Assembly: GCA_963667665.2 (NCBI GenBank)
Contig: OY763927.2
Span: forward strand, 1,472,001-1,536,000
Length of the DNA: 64,000 nucleotides
Source of the DNA: Nitrosopumilus sp.
GTDB taxonomy: Archaea; Thermoproteota; Nitrososphaeria; Nitrososphaerales; Nitrosopumilaceae
Reading direction: 5' to 3'
Made by a program: the position numbers and the translations under genes
The notes under the pieces: model-generated
The model's input: only the letters and a program-made list of their open reading frames with translations
What the model was told of the DNA's origin: nothing
Database searches by the model: none
Part shown: piece after piece, positions 10,162 through 19,401 of the stretch
Position numbering within the stretch: position 1 is the stretch's first letter
Layout of the letters: each line of letters opens with the position of its first letter

Positions 10162-10830
10162 TTATCGTTTTTTGCTAAGAAACAAAATACCAACTATTGC
10201 AAAAAGACCTATTGCAAGAAAAAATGGATACAATGCAAAGATGTTCTTTGCAGGATCACCTGATAGAAACTCTACAATTATGCTTCCAGAATTTACTGCA
10301 GGAGGATCAGTGGAGCCTTCCAATCCATGCACAGAGTAGGAATCAATTGCAAATACATCAATAGCTAGATTTGTAACAACAATTCTTCCCCCATTATTCA
10401 CAGTTAGTCCTGCTCTGTCAGTATAAGACATGAGAACTTTAGCCTCTGGATACCAACCTCTATCTAAATCTCTGAAAATTATAATATATCCTTCCTTTGG
10501 AGTTTTTACTGCAACCCATAATTTGTTATCAGGTTGGGATCCCATTCCAATTTCAATAAATTCTGTTGCTGAATGATCTTGATTATAAATTCGAAGTACA
10601 GCATCTCCATTTGGATTTGCATAAAGTAGATTGTTATCAATTGTTACTTGCCAGCTAGTACTATGTACATCATCAAGTGATATAATTGGTGCATCTCGTA
10701 AAACTCTGTTAAATTCTTCTGCAGGAATTTCTATTGTATCAATAATTACAGTAGGATTATTCACTTCTTGAGCAAATGCTGAAGTGGTAAAAAATCCTGC
10801 AAGTAAAACTATAGCAAGTAAATATTTCAC
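10162..10830 (-). CDS. Secreted protein with C-terminal TM anchor
   Basis: Signal peptide, beta-rich body, C-terminal TM + SKKR. Confidence 0.7.
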   Translation of the reverse strand: MKYLLAIVLLAGFFTTSAFAQEVNNPTVIIDTIEIPAEEFNRVLRDAPIISLDDVHSTSWQVTIDNNLLYANPNGDAVLRIYNQDHSATEFIEIGMGSQPDNKLWVAVKTPKEGYIIIFRDLDRGWYPEAKVLMSYTDRAGLTVNNGGRIVVTNLAIDVFAIDSYSVHGLEGSTDPPAVNSGSIIVEFLSGDPAKNIFALYPFFLAIGLFAIVGILFLSKKR

Positions 10831-10860
10831 AAGCTAGAGAAAATTTGATTGAATAAATAT

Positions 10861-12003
10861 CTAATCAACAAAAGGTTTTGGATGATCTAAAATTACTTTT
10901 GCTACTTCTGGTCTAAGAATAAATTCAGATGGGGATTGACCATTTTGAATCATCTCTCTTAGTTTAGTTCCACTAATCTGCTCTTTTGCATCATCATCAT
11001 GTGGACATGCCTTTGGGTTTGTGTATGTAAGACATTTCTTACAATAGAAAAATGGTGGGAAAAATACTGGAGAAATTTCTAATTCTGGATAATCATCAAA
11101 TATTTTTTGTGCAGCAAATGGATCATAAAATTTTCCTACACCTGCATGGTCACGTCCAATTATGATGTGTGTGCATCCATAGTTTTGTCTCATAATTGCA
11201 TGATGAATTGCCTCTTTTGGACCTGCATACTTCATCTCAGTATGTAATGTTCCAAGTTTGCATCTGTTTTCTGGATAGTATAATTTTATCATGATTTCAT
11301 AGCATTTTACAATAACCTCATCAACAAAGTCACCAGATTTTTTCTTACCAATAATTGGATTTACAAATACTCCATCCCGTGTTGTAATTGATGTTTTTTG
11401 TAGCATTTCATGTGCAACATGTGGAGGATTTCTGGTTTGAAATGCACAAATTGTCTTCCATCCTGCTTGTGCAAATGCTTCTCTTGTTTGTTTAGGAGTT
11501 AGTCTATTTTTTCTAATTTCAGTATCTTCTGGTCTTTGAATATAATCAATTTTTCCACTTACCAGATAATCCTTCATTGACATTGTCTTTGCAACACCTG
11601 GATGAGATGAATCAGTTGTTCCATAGACTCCTTGTACGGTTTTTTCTTTATCAAAAGAATATGTTTCCTCAACATGTAATACTGCAACACCTACTCCTTG
11701 AGGATTCTTTAATAATACATCTCCTGATTCTTTCATTTTAGAAGCAGTAGATTCATCAACATCAAGAACAGTTGGAATGGTCCAAGCTAAATCATTTGTT
11801 AATCTTCCTCTTGAAACAACGCTTTCAAAATCTTGTTGTCCTAAAAATCCCTCAAGAGGGCTAAAAATTCCATCTGCTATATTTTCAACATCATTTGCAA
11901 GATCTTCACTAATTGTAATTGAGAATAATCCAGTAGGATCAACTTTAGTAATTCTATTTATCAATACCCCGCCGTGTGGTTTAATTGAATTGTTTTCTGA
12001 CAT
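10861..12003 (-). CDS. sat: Sulfate adenylyltransferase (ATP sulfurylase)
   Basis: [37 protein letters not shown]. Confidence 0.95.
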   Translation of the reverse strand: MSENNSIKPHGGVLINRITKVDPTGLFSITISEDLANDVENIADGIFSPLEGFLGQQDFESVVSRGRLTNDLAWTIPTVLDVDESTASKMKESGDVLLKNPQGVGVAVLHVEETYSFDKEKTVQGVYGTTDSSHPGVAKTMSMKDYLVSGKIDYIQRPEDTEIRKNRLTPKQTREAFAQAGWKTICAFQTRNPPHVAHEMLQKTSITTRDGVFVNPIIGKKKSGDFVDEVIVKCYEIMIKLYYPENRCKLGTLHTEMKYAGPKEAIHHAIMRQNYGCTHIIIGRDHAGVGKFYDPFAAQKIFDDYPELEISPVFFPPFFYCKKCLTYTNPKACPHDDDAKEQISGTKLREMIQNGQSPSEFILRPEVAKVILDHPKPFVD

Positions 12004-12013
12004 GCAAAATTCT

Positions 12014-12730
12014 CTATTTATGGTCTATATGAAGGCCACATTCTTTGTTTCCACCTTCTTCCCACCACCATCTTCCTGCACGAAGGTCTTCTCCAGGCTT
12101 TATAGCTCTTGTACAAGGCTCACAACCAACACTTGGATAACCTTTCGCAAGAAGACTGTTTTGTGGAAGATTATTCTTTTTGATATATTCTTGAACTTGT
12201 TCCCAAGTCCAATCAATGATTGGATTAATCTTTAGAATTCCATCATGTCCATGGTCTAATTGAAAGATTGAAATATTTTCTCGGGTTTGGGTCTGATCAC
12301 GTCTCAACCCAGTAATCCATCCATCCAATGTACTAAGTATTTTGTTAATTGGATGTACTTTACGAATTTCACAACACAATTTTCTATTTTCTACACTTTC
12401 ATAGAAAAGATTCACCCCCTTTTCTCTAACCATATCTTCAACTTCTTTGGCATCAGGGAATAGTACTTCAATTGAAATATTGTATTTTTTTCGTACTAGA
12501 TCCATAATGTCATAGGTTTCTTGTGGTAGTCTTCCAGTATCTAATGTAAAGAATCTAAATTTTGGATTAATTTTTATCATAATATCCATTATTACTGAAT
12601 CTTCTGCACCAAAGCTTGATGCTTTTGCAACTTTAGGGTGAAGATTATCTGAGGCCCATTGAAGTGCCTCTTCAGCAGTCTTTATTCTTGAATTAAGATC
12701 ATCTACTTGTTCTTGTGTGAATTTTGTCAT
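12014..12730 (-). CDS. cysH: APS/PAPS reductase, thioredoxin-dependent, with 4Fe-4S ligands
   Basis: [38 protein letters not shown]. Confidence 0.93.
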   Translation of the reverse strand: MTKFTQEQVDDLNSRIKTAEEALQWASDNLHPKVAKASSFGAEDSVIMDIMIKINPKFRFFTLDTGRLPQETYDIMDLVRKKYNISIEVLFPDAKEVEDMVREKGVNLFYESVENRKLCCEIRKVHPINKILSTLDGWITGLRRDQTQTRENISIFQLDHGHDGILKINPIIDWTWEQVQEYIKKNNLPQNSLLAKGYPSVGCEPCTRAIKPGEDLRAGRWWWEEGGNKECGLHIDHK

Positions 12731-12813
12731 ATTTTCACTTGAAGTATTTGTTTTATATTGATTACCCGAGTTTTGTCCTAAATTATAAACAAGTAGATTT
12801 CAAAATAGAAAAT

Positions 12814-13929
12814 ATGAATGAAATATCATACGTTGTAGTTTTTCCAACTATATTTACAAAAAATAAAATTTCACAGTTAATTACAAATATCAAAAAAATT
12901 CTTAAAATAAAAAATCAGGAATTCAAATCTGTAAAACGTGATGGTGATGTAATTTTAGTTGATGCAAACGATCCTGTATTTGCATCATCTGCAATTAACT
13001 TACTTTTTGGAATAGAAAAAATTGCAATTGCCAGACATATTAAAAATAATTTTCAAGATGTAGTTTCTGAAATTACATCAGTAGGTGGTAATCTGCTCTT
13101 AAAAGGTGAAAAATTTCTAGTAAAAGTTGAAGGAACATCAAAAGGATTTCTCACAAAAGATGTAGAAATTGCAGCAACATCAAGCATAATAGAAAAAAAA
13201 TCTAATTTGGGAGCTCGTCCTGGAACAGAAGAAAATTATGATAAATTGTTGTATACATATTTAACAAAAAATAACGCATACATCTGTATTTTTTCAGATA
13301 AAGGAAAGGGTGGTATTCCATATCAATCACAAAATCAGAAAACAATTTGTGCAGTATATGATGAATTATCAGCAGTTTCTTGTTTTGAGACAATAAAACA
13401 AGGTTATGATACAAAGATCATTGTATGTTATAGACAAAAATCAGAATTAATGAATCTAGCCAAAATAATTAATCAAATAATTCCAAGACTAGTACAAGAC
13501 AAAATTGAATTAGAATTTTATCATCTAAAGATAAAACCGAATGGAATTAAAAATTACTTGATCTATGTAAATTCTATACTAGAGATAATGCTACAATATT
13601 CAAACAATCATGTATCACTAGCTTTATCTCCATTAGTATTTTCCACGAATTTTATTGATAGTTCATTAAACCGAGTATTTGAAAAGAAAAAAATTCCCAT
13701 AATTCCACTTGTTGGAGTAGATACTAGTTTGTTTGATGAAGCAAAAGAGATCGGATTGGAAAGAAATATCAAAAAATTAGAAAAAATAGTCACAATCAAT
13801 TCAAATGAAATTCCTGTTTTTTCAAAAAAAGAAGTAACATCTGCTCTTAAAACAAAGAAAAAGATTTCAGTTCAGGTAGGACCTAATAATCTTCATGATA
13901 TTTTAGATTCCCTAGAGGAGAATCACTGA
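12814..13929 (+). CDS. ThiI-like THUMP-domain protein with degenerate PP-loop
   Basis: ThiI-like N-terminus (LFGIEKI, THUMP region, GKGGIP); no SGGxDS; probable start MNEIS at 12814. Confidence 0.6.
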   Translation: MNEISYVVVFPTIFTKNKISQLITNIKKILKIKNQEFKSVKRDGDVILVDANDPVFASSAINLLFGIEKIAIARHIKNNFQDVVSEITSVGGNLLLKGEKFLVKVEGTSKGFLTKDVEIAATSSIIEKKSNLGARPGTEENYDKLLYTYLTKNNAYICIFSDKGKGGIPYQSQNQKTICAVYDELSAVSCFETIKQGYDTKIIVCYRQKSELMNLAKIINQIIPRLVQDKIELEFYHLKIKPNGIKNYLIYVNSILEIMLQYSNNHVSLALSPLVFSTNFIDSSLNRVFEKKKIPIIPLVGVDTSLFDEAKEIGLERNIKKLEKIVTINSNEIPVFSKKEVTSALKTKKKISVQVGPNNLHDILDSLEENH

Positions 13930-13959
13930 GAATTTAAACGGCATATTTAGTTTCATATT

Positions 13960-15195
13960 GTGCTCAAAATAGGAGAATTCATCTATCCATGGGGAAGTGG
14001 TCATTATTCTCGAATGATGAGGCTAAATGAGGTATTAGGTGACTACATAAAAGAAGACTTTGATGTTCATTTTTCAAGCAAAGGTCATGTTTATGAAAAA
14101 TTATTAAAAAAATTTCCAGACAAAAAAGAAAAAATTCATGAGATCTTAATGCCAACACCAATTGATGGAAAATTTGGTCCAAGCGTTTCAATGTCATTGA
14201 TGAATTTGTTATTACCTGTTTCAAAGAATCCTTCATTGGTAAGACAGATTGCAAACTATTTGAGAGAAGAGAGAAAACTCTACAACAAAGAAAAATTTGA
14301 TCTTGTAATCAATGATGGGGATATGGGTTCAAATATTTTGGCAAGAAATAGAAACATTCCAAGTTTGTTTATTACAAATCAATTTAGACCTAAACTATAC
14401 AATTCAAGATCATATCTTTATCCATCATTAATTTTTATTGCAAAACAAATTGTTAAAGCATCAAAAATTCTTGTTGCTGATTCACCACCACCATATACTA
14501 TATGTGAATATAATCTAAATTTCATAAAAGAAGCAGAAGAGAAGGTAACGTATGTAGGATATTTTACAAATAACAAACAAATCAAAAAAGAAAATATTTC
14601 AGATCTTGAAAAATTAGTTGAAAATAATGAATTTGGTTATTGGATGAGAACTGGAAACAAATCGACAAATGATGGAACTGGTCAGAGATATGAAGAAGTA
14701 TTTCATCAAGATGAGATGAGAAATGAAAAAAGAATTATTTCACATGCAAGAAATGATTCAAACATAGATTCTGTTACAGGAAAAGATGGTAAAAAATATT
14801 CAATTTCAGAAGCTTTGGATAAAAAAGTAGATTGGATACAAATCGATATTGGTTTTCTTTCAGAACAAGAAAAAGATACAATACTGAATTTGTGCAAATA
14901 TGCAGTTGTTAATGGCTCTCACACTGTAATGGGTGAGATTATTGGTGGAAAATCAAAACCAATAATTGGAATTCCGATCTATGATGAGCACACAAATAAC
15001 ATTAGATGGGCAGAAGAGAAAAATCTAGGAGTACTAGCCATGAAAACAAAGCAAGTAACTCAAGCAATATCCAAAATTAAAGAGAATTATGAAGAATTTG
15101 AAGAAAATTTGAGTGAATTTTCAAAGAATTTTGTTCCTAATGGAGCAGAGAATTTAGCAAAGATTGCAGCTCAGACTTTGGAAGAAAAGAGATAA
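13960..15195 (+). CDS. GT-B glycosyltransferase (GT28/MJ1255-like)
   Basis: PWGSGHYSR, DLVINDGD, NGSHTVMGE...KPIIGIP..DEH. Confidence 0.8.
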   Translation: MLKIGEFIYPWGSGHYSRMMRLNEVLGDYIKEDFDVHFSSKGHVYEKLLKKFPDKKEKIHEILMPTPIDGKFGPSVSMSLMNLLLPVSKNPSLVRQIANYLREERKLYNKEKFDLVINDGDMGSNILARNRNIPSLFITNQFRPKLYNSRSYLYPSLIFIAKQIVKASKILVADSPPPYTICEYNLNFIKEAEEKVTYVGYFTNNKQIKKENISDLEKLVENNEFGYWMRTGNKSTNDGTGQRYEEVFHQDEMRNEKRIISHARNDSNIDSVTGKDGKKYSISEALDKKVDWIQIDIGFLSEQEKDTILNLCKYAVVNGSHTVMGEIIGGKSKPIIGIPIYDEHTNNIRWAEEKNLGVLAMKTKQVTQAISKIKENYEEFEENLSEFSKNFVPNGAENLAKIAAQTLEEKR

Positions 15196-15219
15196 TACAT
15201 TATTTTTAGAATTTTGTTC

Positions 15220-15287
15220 ATCTGGCACGCGGGATTTCGATGGGCGAACGGACCGAAAGGAATGATGAAAAAATCCGCGTGTCAGAT
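15220..15287 (+). ncRNA. Candidate structured RNA: long GC-rich hairpin with apical C/D-type K-turn
   Basis: ATCTGGCACGCGG/CCGCGTGTCAGAT stem; ATGATGA (box C) opposite CGGA around a CC-GAAA-GG tetraloop. Confidence 0.5.
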
Positions 15288-15348
15288 TAATATCGATCAA
15301 TCAGGAGTGTGGGAACGCTTTTATGGAAAAAATCTTGCCAAATCATCA

Positions 15349-15657
15349 GTGCCTAATTGCCCAGAATGTACAGCAAGAGAGAAAAAGAAGATCATAGCAA
15401 AGTATGAAGCAGAAACTGCAGAAGAAGACAGAGGTAGAGATGATTTATTCAAATTATTTGATGAGATTGAAATTCCAATGAAAATGGATTCTGCCACAAA
15501 GCATTTCATTTGTAAAAGATGTGGATTATACGCAACAAGAGAACAAGTATCAGATATCAGATACAAACTAAATCAAAGAGAAAAAACACGGGAAGACAAA
15601 CATGATGACTATTTAGAATGGTGGTCAAAAAGTAAAAAAGAAAAACAAGAACTATAA
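15349..15657 (+). CDS. Zinc-ribbon protein
   Basis: CPEC...CKRC; likely GTG start at 15349 about 25 nt after TTTTATGG. Confidence 0.7.
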   Translation: MPNCPECTAREKKKIIAKYEAETAEEDRGRDDLFKLFDEIEIPMKMDSATKHFICKRCGLYATREQVSDIRYKLNQREKTREDKHDDYLEWWSKSKKEKQEL

Positions 15658-15669
15658 AGAATTTAAGAT

Positions 15670-16062
15670 ATGGTAAAAAAGAAAGAAGATGAAATTCCTG
15701 ATTGGGTTTCTGATGAGATTCAAAATGCAAAATTTCAGAAACCAGAAGAGATGAAAAAATCAGGATACATTCTAGAATTTTATAATGCAGACAACAAAGT
15801 AGATGTACAGTTGTATGACGTTATAGAAGATGGAAGACATATAGTTACAATGGACTTGCCAAAAAAGATAAAAATTGATGATTTGGTTAAAGGAGAAGTT
15901 TATGAGTTTGTTTTTGATCAACACAAAGCTCCAATAAGCAAAAAAGCTTCAGAATATCTAGATAAAGAAATTGAAATGACTGCAATTTACCAATTTGAAT
16001 TAAAATCACTAGAATTGTTAGATGTAGGCTCTAGTGAGGCTGCAGATAATGCAGAAGAATAA
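15670..16062 (+). CDS. Conserved hypothetical protein
   Basis: 130-aa ORF in operon with the upstream gene. Confidence 0.7.
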   Translation: MVKKKEDEIPDWVSDEIQNAKFQKPEEMKKSGYILEFYNADNKVDVQLYDVIEDGRHIVTMDLPKKIKIDDLVKGEVYEFVFDQHKAPISKKASEYLDKEIEMTAIYQFELKSLELLDVGSSEAADNAEE

Positions 16063-16063
16063 G

Positions 16064-16864
16064 CTAGTTCTTCTTTGTAGAATCTAATTGCTTTTTGAAA
16101 GATTTTCCTAATATAGGATTGATAAAATAAGGAAATGTATTTTTCATCCATACAGCACCACGTACTACAGATGGAACTATAATTTCCAGTCTTGGAGAGT
16201 TTGCTGCCTTCAAAATTGCTTTGGCTACAGTTTTTGAACTAAGTGACATTGGTGAGTATTTTGGCATTTTTTCAAATGAAGAATGATCAAAAAAATTAGT
16301 TCTAACCATGATTGGACTGACAACAGTGATGCCAACTCCAGTATTTTTTAGTTCATATTTCAGACCCTCAGAGAATCCTAACATTGCAAATTTAGATGCA
16401 CAGTATGAAGCAATTCTAGGCAAACCAAAGCTGGCTGCAACAGATGCAACATTCACTATATGACCAGATTTTTTCTTTAGCATTGATGGAAGAAAATTTT
16501 TGATACAGTAAATCATACCAAAATAATTTGTTTCCATCTGTGATTCTATCTCATCTATAGTAAGATCAGATACAGAACCATAAATTGCAAAACCAGCATT
16601 ATTTACCAAGAAATCAATAGAATCAAATTTTTCTAAAACAGTTTTTGACATTTCATTTACTTGATCTTTTTTTGAAACATCACATTGACAAACTAGTACA
16701 GATGTATGAAATTCTTTTAATTCATTTTCAACTTGTTCAAGTTTGTCTTTTCTTCTTGCAACTAAAATTATGTTAGCTCCTAGTTTTGCAAATTCTATTG
16801 CTGTTTGTTTACCAATTCCAGATGATGCACCAGTAATTAGAACTACTTTACTTTTGAAATCCAC
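16064..16864 (-). CDS. Short-chain dehydrogenase/reductase
   Basis: TGASSGIG, NNAG, YCASK. Confidence 0.92.
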   Translation of the reverse strand: MDFKSKVVLITGASSGIGKQTAIEFAKLGANIILVARRKDKLEQVENELKEFHTSVLVCQCDVSKKDQVNEMSKTVLEKFDSIDFLVNNAGFAIYGSVSDLTIDEIESQMETNYFGMIYCIKNFLPSMLKKKSGHIVNVASVAASFGLPRIASYCASKFAMLGFSEGLKYELKNTGVGITVVSPIMVRTNFFDHSSFEKMPKYSPMSLSSKTVAKAILKAANSPRLEIIVPSVVRGAVWMKNTFPYFINPILGKSFKKQLDSTKKN

Positions 16865-16891
16865 AAATTAAAAAAACTCACTTGAAGATAA

Positions 16892-16903
16892 AGTGGTTTC
16901 TAT
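16892..16903. repeat. att site (left), AGTGGTTTCTAT
   Basis: Identical to 28098-28109. Confidence 0.8.
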
Positions 16904-16962
16904 GGTAGTTTTTTACCGTATAAACACAAAATTTAGGCTCAAATTAGAGAAAAATAGAGAAA

Positions 16963-17268
16963 TTATGAAAATAGTTCTTCTGGTTCTGGCCCAAACATTT
17001 GTTTTGCATCTTCTATAAAATAAAGAAAATTTCCTCGTAATACCGCAACCTTGGCTTTTCTTTCACAGCATCTTTGAACAAATTCAACATCACGTGTTAC
17101 AATGGTTAGGTTGTTTTTTACTGCATAATCTGTAATTTCATCATCATCAATAAGATCAATTAATTCTTCTCTTCCTGCACAAACAACATTATAGTTTTTG
17201 TCGATTTCTGCTTTATTATTTAGATAATTTCCTGATGACATTATATCAAAAATTAAATCTATATGCAC
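16963..17268 (-). CDS. PIN-like (DUF5615/Mut7-C type) nuclease
   Basis: FD at first strand, DDDEI, IVTRDVEF acidic motifs. Confidence 0.7.
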   Translation of the reverse strand: MHIDLIFDIMSSGNYLNNKAEIDKNYNVVCAGREELIDLIDDDEITDYAVKNNLTIVTRDVEFVQRCCERKAKVAVLRGNFLYFIEDAKQMFGPEPEELFS

Positions 17269-17302
17269 ATAGTATTTTAGTGATATTTATGATTGAGTTA
17301 TG

Positions 17303-17425
17303 TTAATCATATCGAATTGTACAATTACAACCATTTTGTTTGCATGATTGATTACGATTTGTTACACTATGCCATAATTTGGGATGATTGCAAACTTGAC
17401 AGATAAGATTATCATCAAAGATCAT
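17303..17425 (-). CDS. 40-aa Cys/His-rich zinc-binding microprotein (not in ORF track)
   Basis: MIFDDNLICQVCNHPKLWHSVTNRNQSCKQNGCNCTIRYD*; starts 1 nt after the upstream stop. Confidence 0.65.
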   Translation of the reverse strand: MIFDDNLICQVCNHPKLWHSVTNRNQSCKQNGCNCTIRYD

Positions 17426-17426
17426 T

Positions 17427-18113
17427 TTATTGAAATGTTAATTTTGTTTTAAAATCTAAATCAAATCCATTTTTCTTAAGAGATTCTTTAACATCTTTAA
17501 GAATAGGGTCTACATCAATTTGCAGATATGGTTGACTAGTCATAGTTTTGATTCCTTCTGATCTCTTTCTATAATCTTCCATTACAGCAGGATATTCAGG
17601 GGTATTTTTTATAAAACCACTAATGTAGATTATTGCTGCTTTGGCTGCTTTGTATAATTTAATTTGTCCTTGGAAATAGTCAGGATCAATATCTGGAATC
17701 ATTATAAAAGAACCATCCGGTGCATAGGTAATTCCATGTGCAGTATGATTATTTCTCCATTTACAAATTCTAGTTTTTTGATCTTCAACAACTTTCCATG
17801 CATCAGAAAGTGATTTTTCTAGATTTTGTCTTTCGGGAGTTGTTAGATGAGTTACTAGATCTTTATGTATTTCTAATAATGAAAATAATTGTACTACATT
17901 GAAATCAAAACAAATTCTTGATGTAATTGCATATTCTTATAAATCTACACCTAATTTTTCAGCTTCTTCTTTTTCATCTTCAGTATAGATGGTCTTGATA
18001 TTTGCAGGATCAAGTTTTGGAGCAAGTCTATCTAAAACAAAATCTGAATAGACTAAGCGTTGTCCAAGATTATGTAATCTTATCAAACAAGTTTCAAAAG
18101 TACTTACAGTCAT
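17427..18113 (-). pseudogene. HEPN-domain ribonuclease-like protein with one in-frame TAA
   Basis: ATG 18113 overlaps the hsdS stop (ATGA); 228 codons with TAA at 17937-17939; WRNNHTAHG = R-x5-H HEPN motif. Confidence 0.7.
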
Positions 18114-19399
18114 ACTCTAATTTCTCCTGACATAAGCTTTGGTAGAAGAGAATCTTTTATTTGAGAAAGTGTTTCAATTTCTCTTTTACATTGAATAATT
18201 TGTCTAAAAAGTGGAAGAGAAATCTTTGAAAATTCATCTAATAATTTTTTTTCAGGTATTACATCAATCATATTTTTTAATGAACTTCCTGCATGTAAGA
18301 TAATTGATCCTGTAGAAGATTCCCATAAAATTTGTTGTATTGTTTCTGATTTCATTAAGAAGTAAATGAAAGGCTTTGAGAAATAATTATCTTTAGAATA
18401 TACTTTTCTAATTCCTGAAGAATATGATCCAATAATACCTGTTTGCACTCTTCCAACAGTTCCATCAAAGAATACTAAGATATCTTCGTATTCAGATATG
18501 GTATTTTTTATTAATGATTGTTCCACAAAGGTTTTACAAATAGAGTTATCAGCCATTTCACGCACACGATAAAATTTGATTGAGTTTTCATTAGATTCAG
18601 TAAGATAATTTTTTGAACCTGGCTCAATGCCTTTTTCAAATGTTAATAATTTTCCATAATTTTCTACATCCCATCCAATTGGAATATATTTTTTAAGTTC
18701 ATCATTGTAAATTATTTTTTTATTTGAAAAGTCATAGTCTATAAACCATTTTTTAAAAATTATATTTCCAATGATTTCAGGTAGTTTAATCATTTGAAGT
18801 TTAAGTTCAATGTTTTTATCCATAATATTTAGAATTTTAGCAATTTTTTGTTGTTCCAATAAAGAAGGTAAAACAATTGGAATTCGTTCAATTATTTTCT
18901 GATTTAGTGATAACATTGTTGAACCAGTTGCATGATGTAAAAACCAATTACGAATCATAGGAGTTTGTAATTGATATGCAATGAATTGAGAATCACAAGT
19001 TTTAGGTAATCGTAATCTTATTCCATCAGAGCCTAGAAACCAACCATTTTGTTCAAATCTAATAAATGCAGAACGATCTACTGAGCCTTTACGAGCAAAA
19101 ACAATATCACCTTCTTTAAGCAAAAATGTAGGTAATCGTTTTACTACTTCAATAGGGGCCCTAGGTGTTGAATCATTAATTTTAATTGTTCCATATCTAA
19201 TTTCTCCAACAGAAATAATTGGAACACCGTGAGTAGAATATTCATGGGCTTTTAGAACTGTTCCAAATGGACCTGTTTTGATATACCCCCCATCTTTTCC
19301 AATTATATCTCCAATAGTTGTTGTAATCCAATTATTGGAGGGAATTGAACCAGGATTGTTTATTGATTCAGTTTGAAGTTTGTTCTTTTTAGATTTCAA
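18110..19399 (-). CDS. hsdS: Type I restriction-modification specificity subunit
   Basis: Two TRDs, TGPFG, PSLLEQQKIA, IPIGW, C-terminal LLPKLMSGEIRV. Confidence 0.93.
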   Translation of the reverse strand: MKSKKNKLQTESINNPGSIPSNNWITTTIGDIIGKDGGYIKTGPFGTVLKAHEYSTHGVPIISVGEIRYGTIKINDSTPRAPIEVVKRLPTFLLKEGDIVFARKGSVDRSAFIRFEQNGWFLGSDGIRLRLPKTCDSQFIAYQLQTPMIRNWFLHHATGSTMLSLNQKIIERIPIVLPSLLEQQKIAKILNIMDKNIELKLQMIKLPEIIGNIIFKKWFIDYDFSNKKIIYNDELKKYIPIGWDVENYGKLLTFEKGIEPGSKNYLTESNENSIKFYRVREMADNSICKTFVEQSLIKNTISEYEDILVFFDGTVGRVQTGIIGSYSSGIRKVYSKDNYFSKPFIYFLMKSETIQQILWESSTGSIILHAGSSLKNMIDVIPEKKLLDEFSKISLPLFRQIIQCKREIETLSQIKDSLLPKLMSGEIRV

Positions 19400-19401
19400 A
19401 A

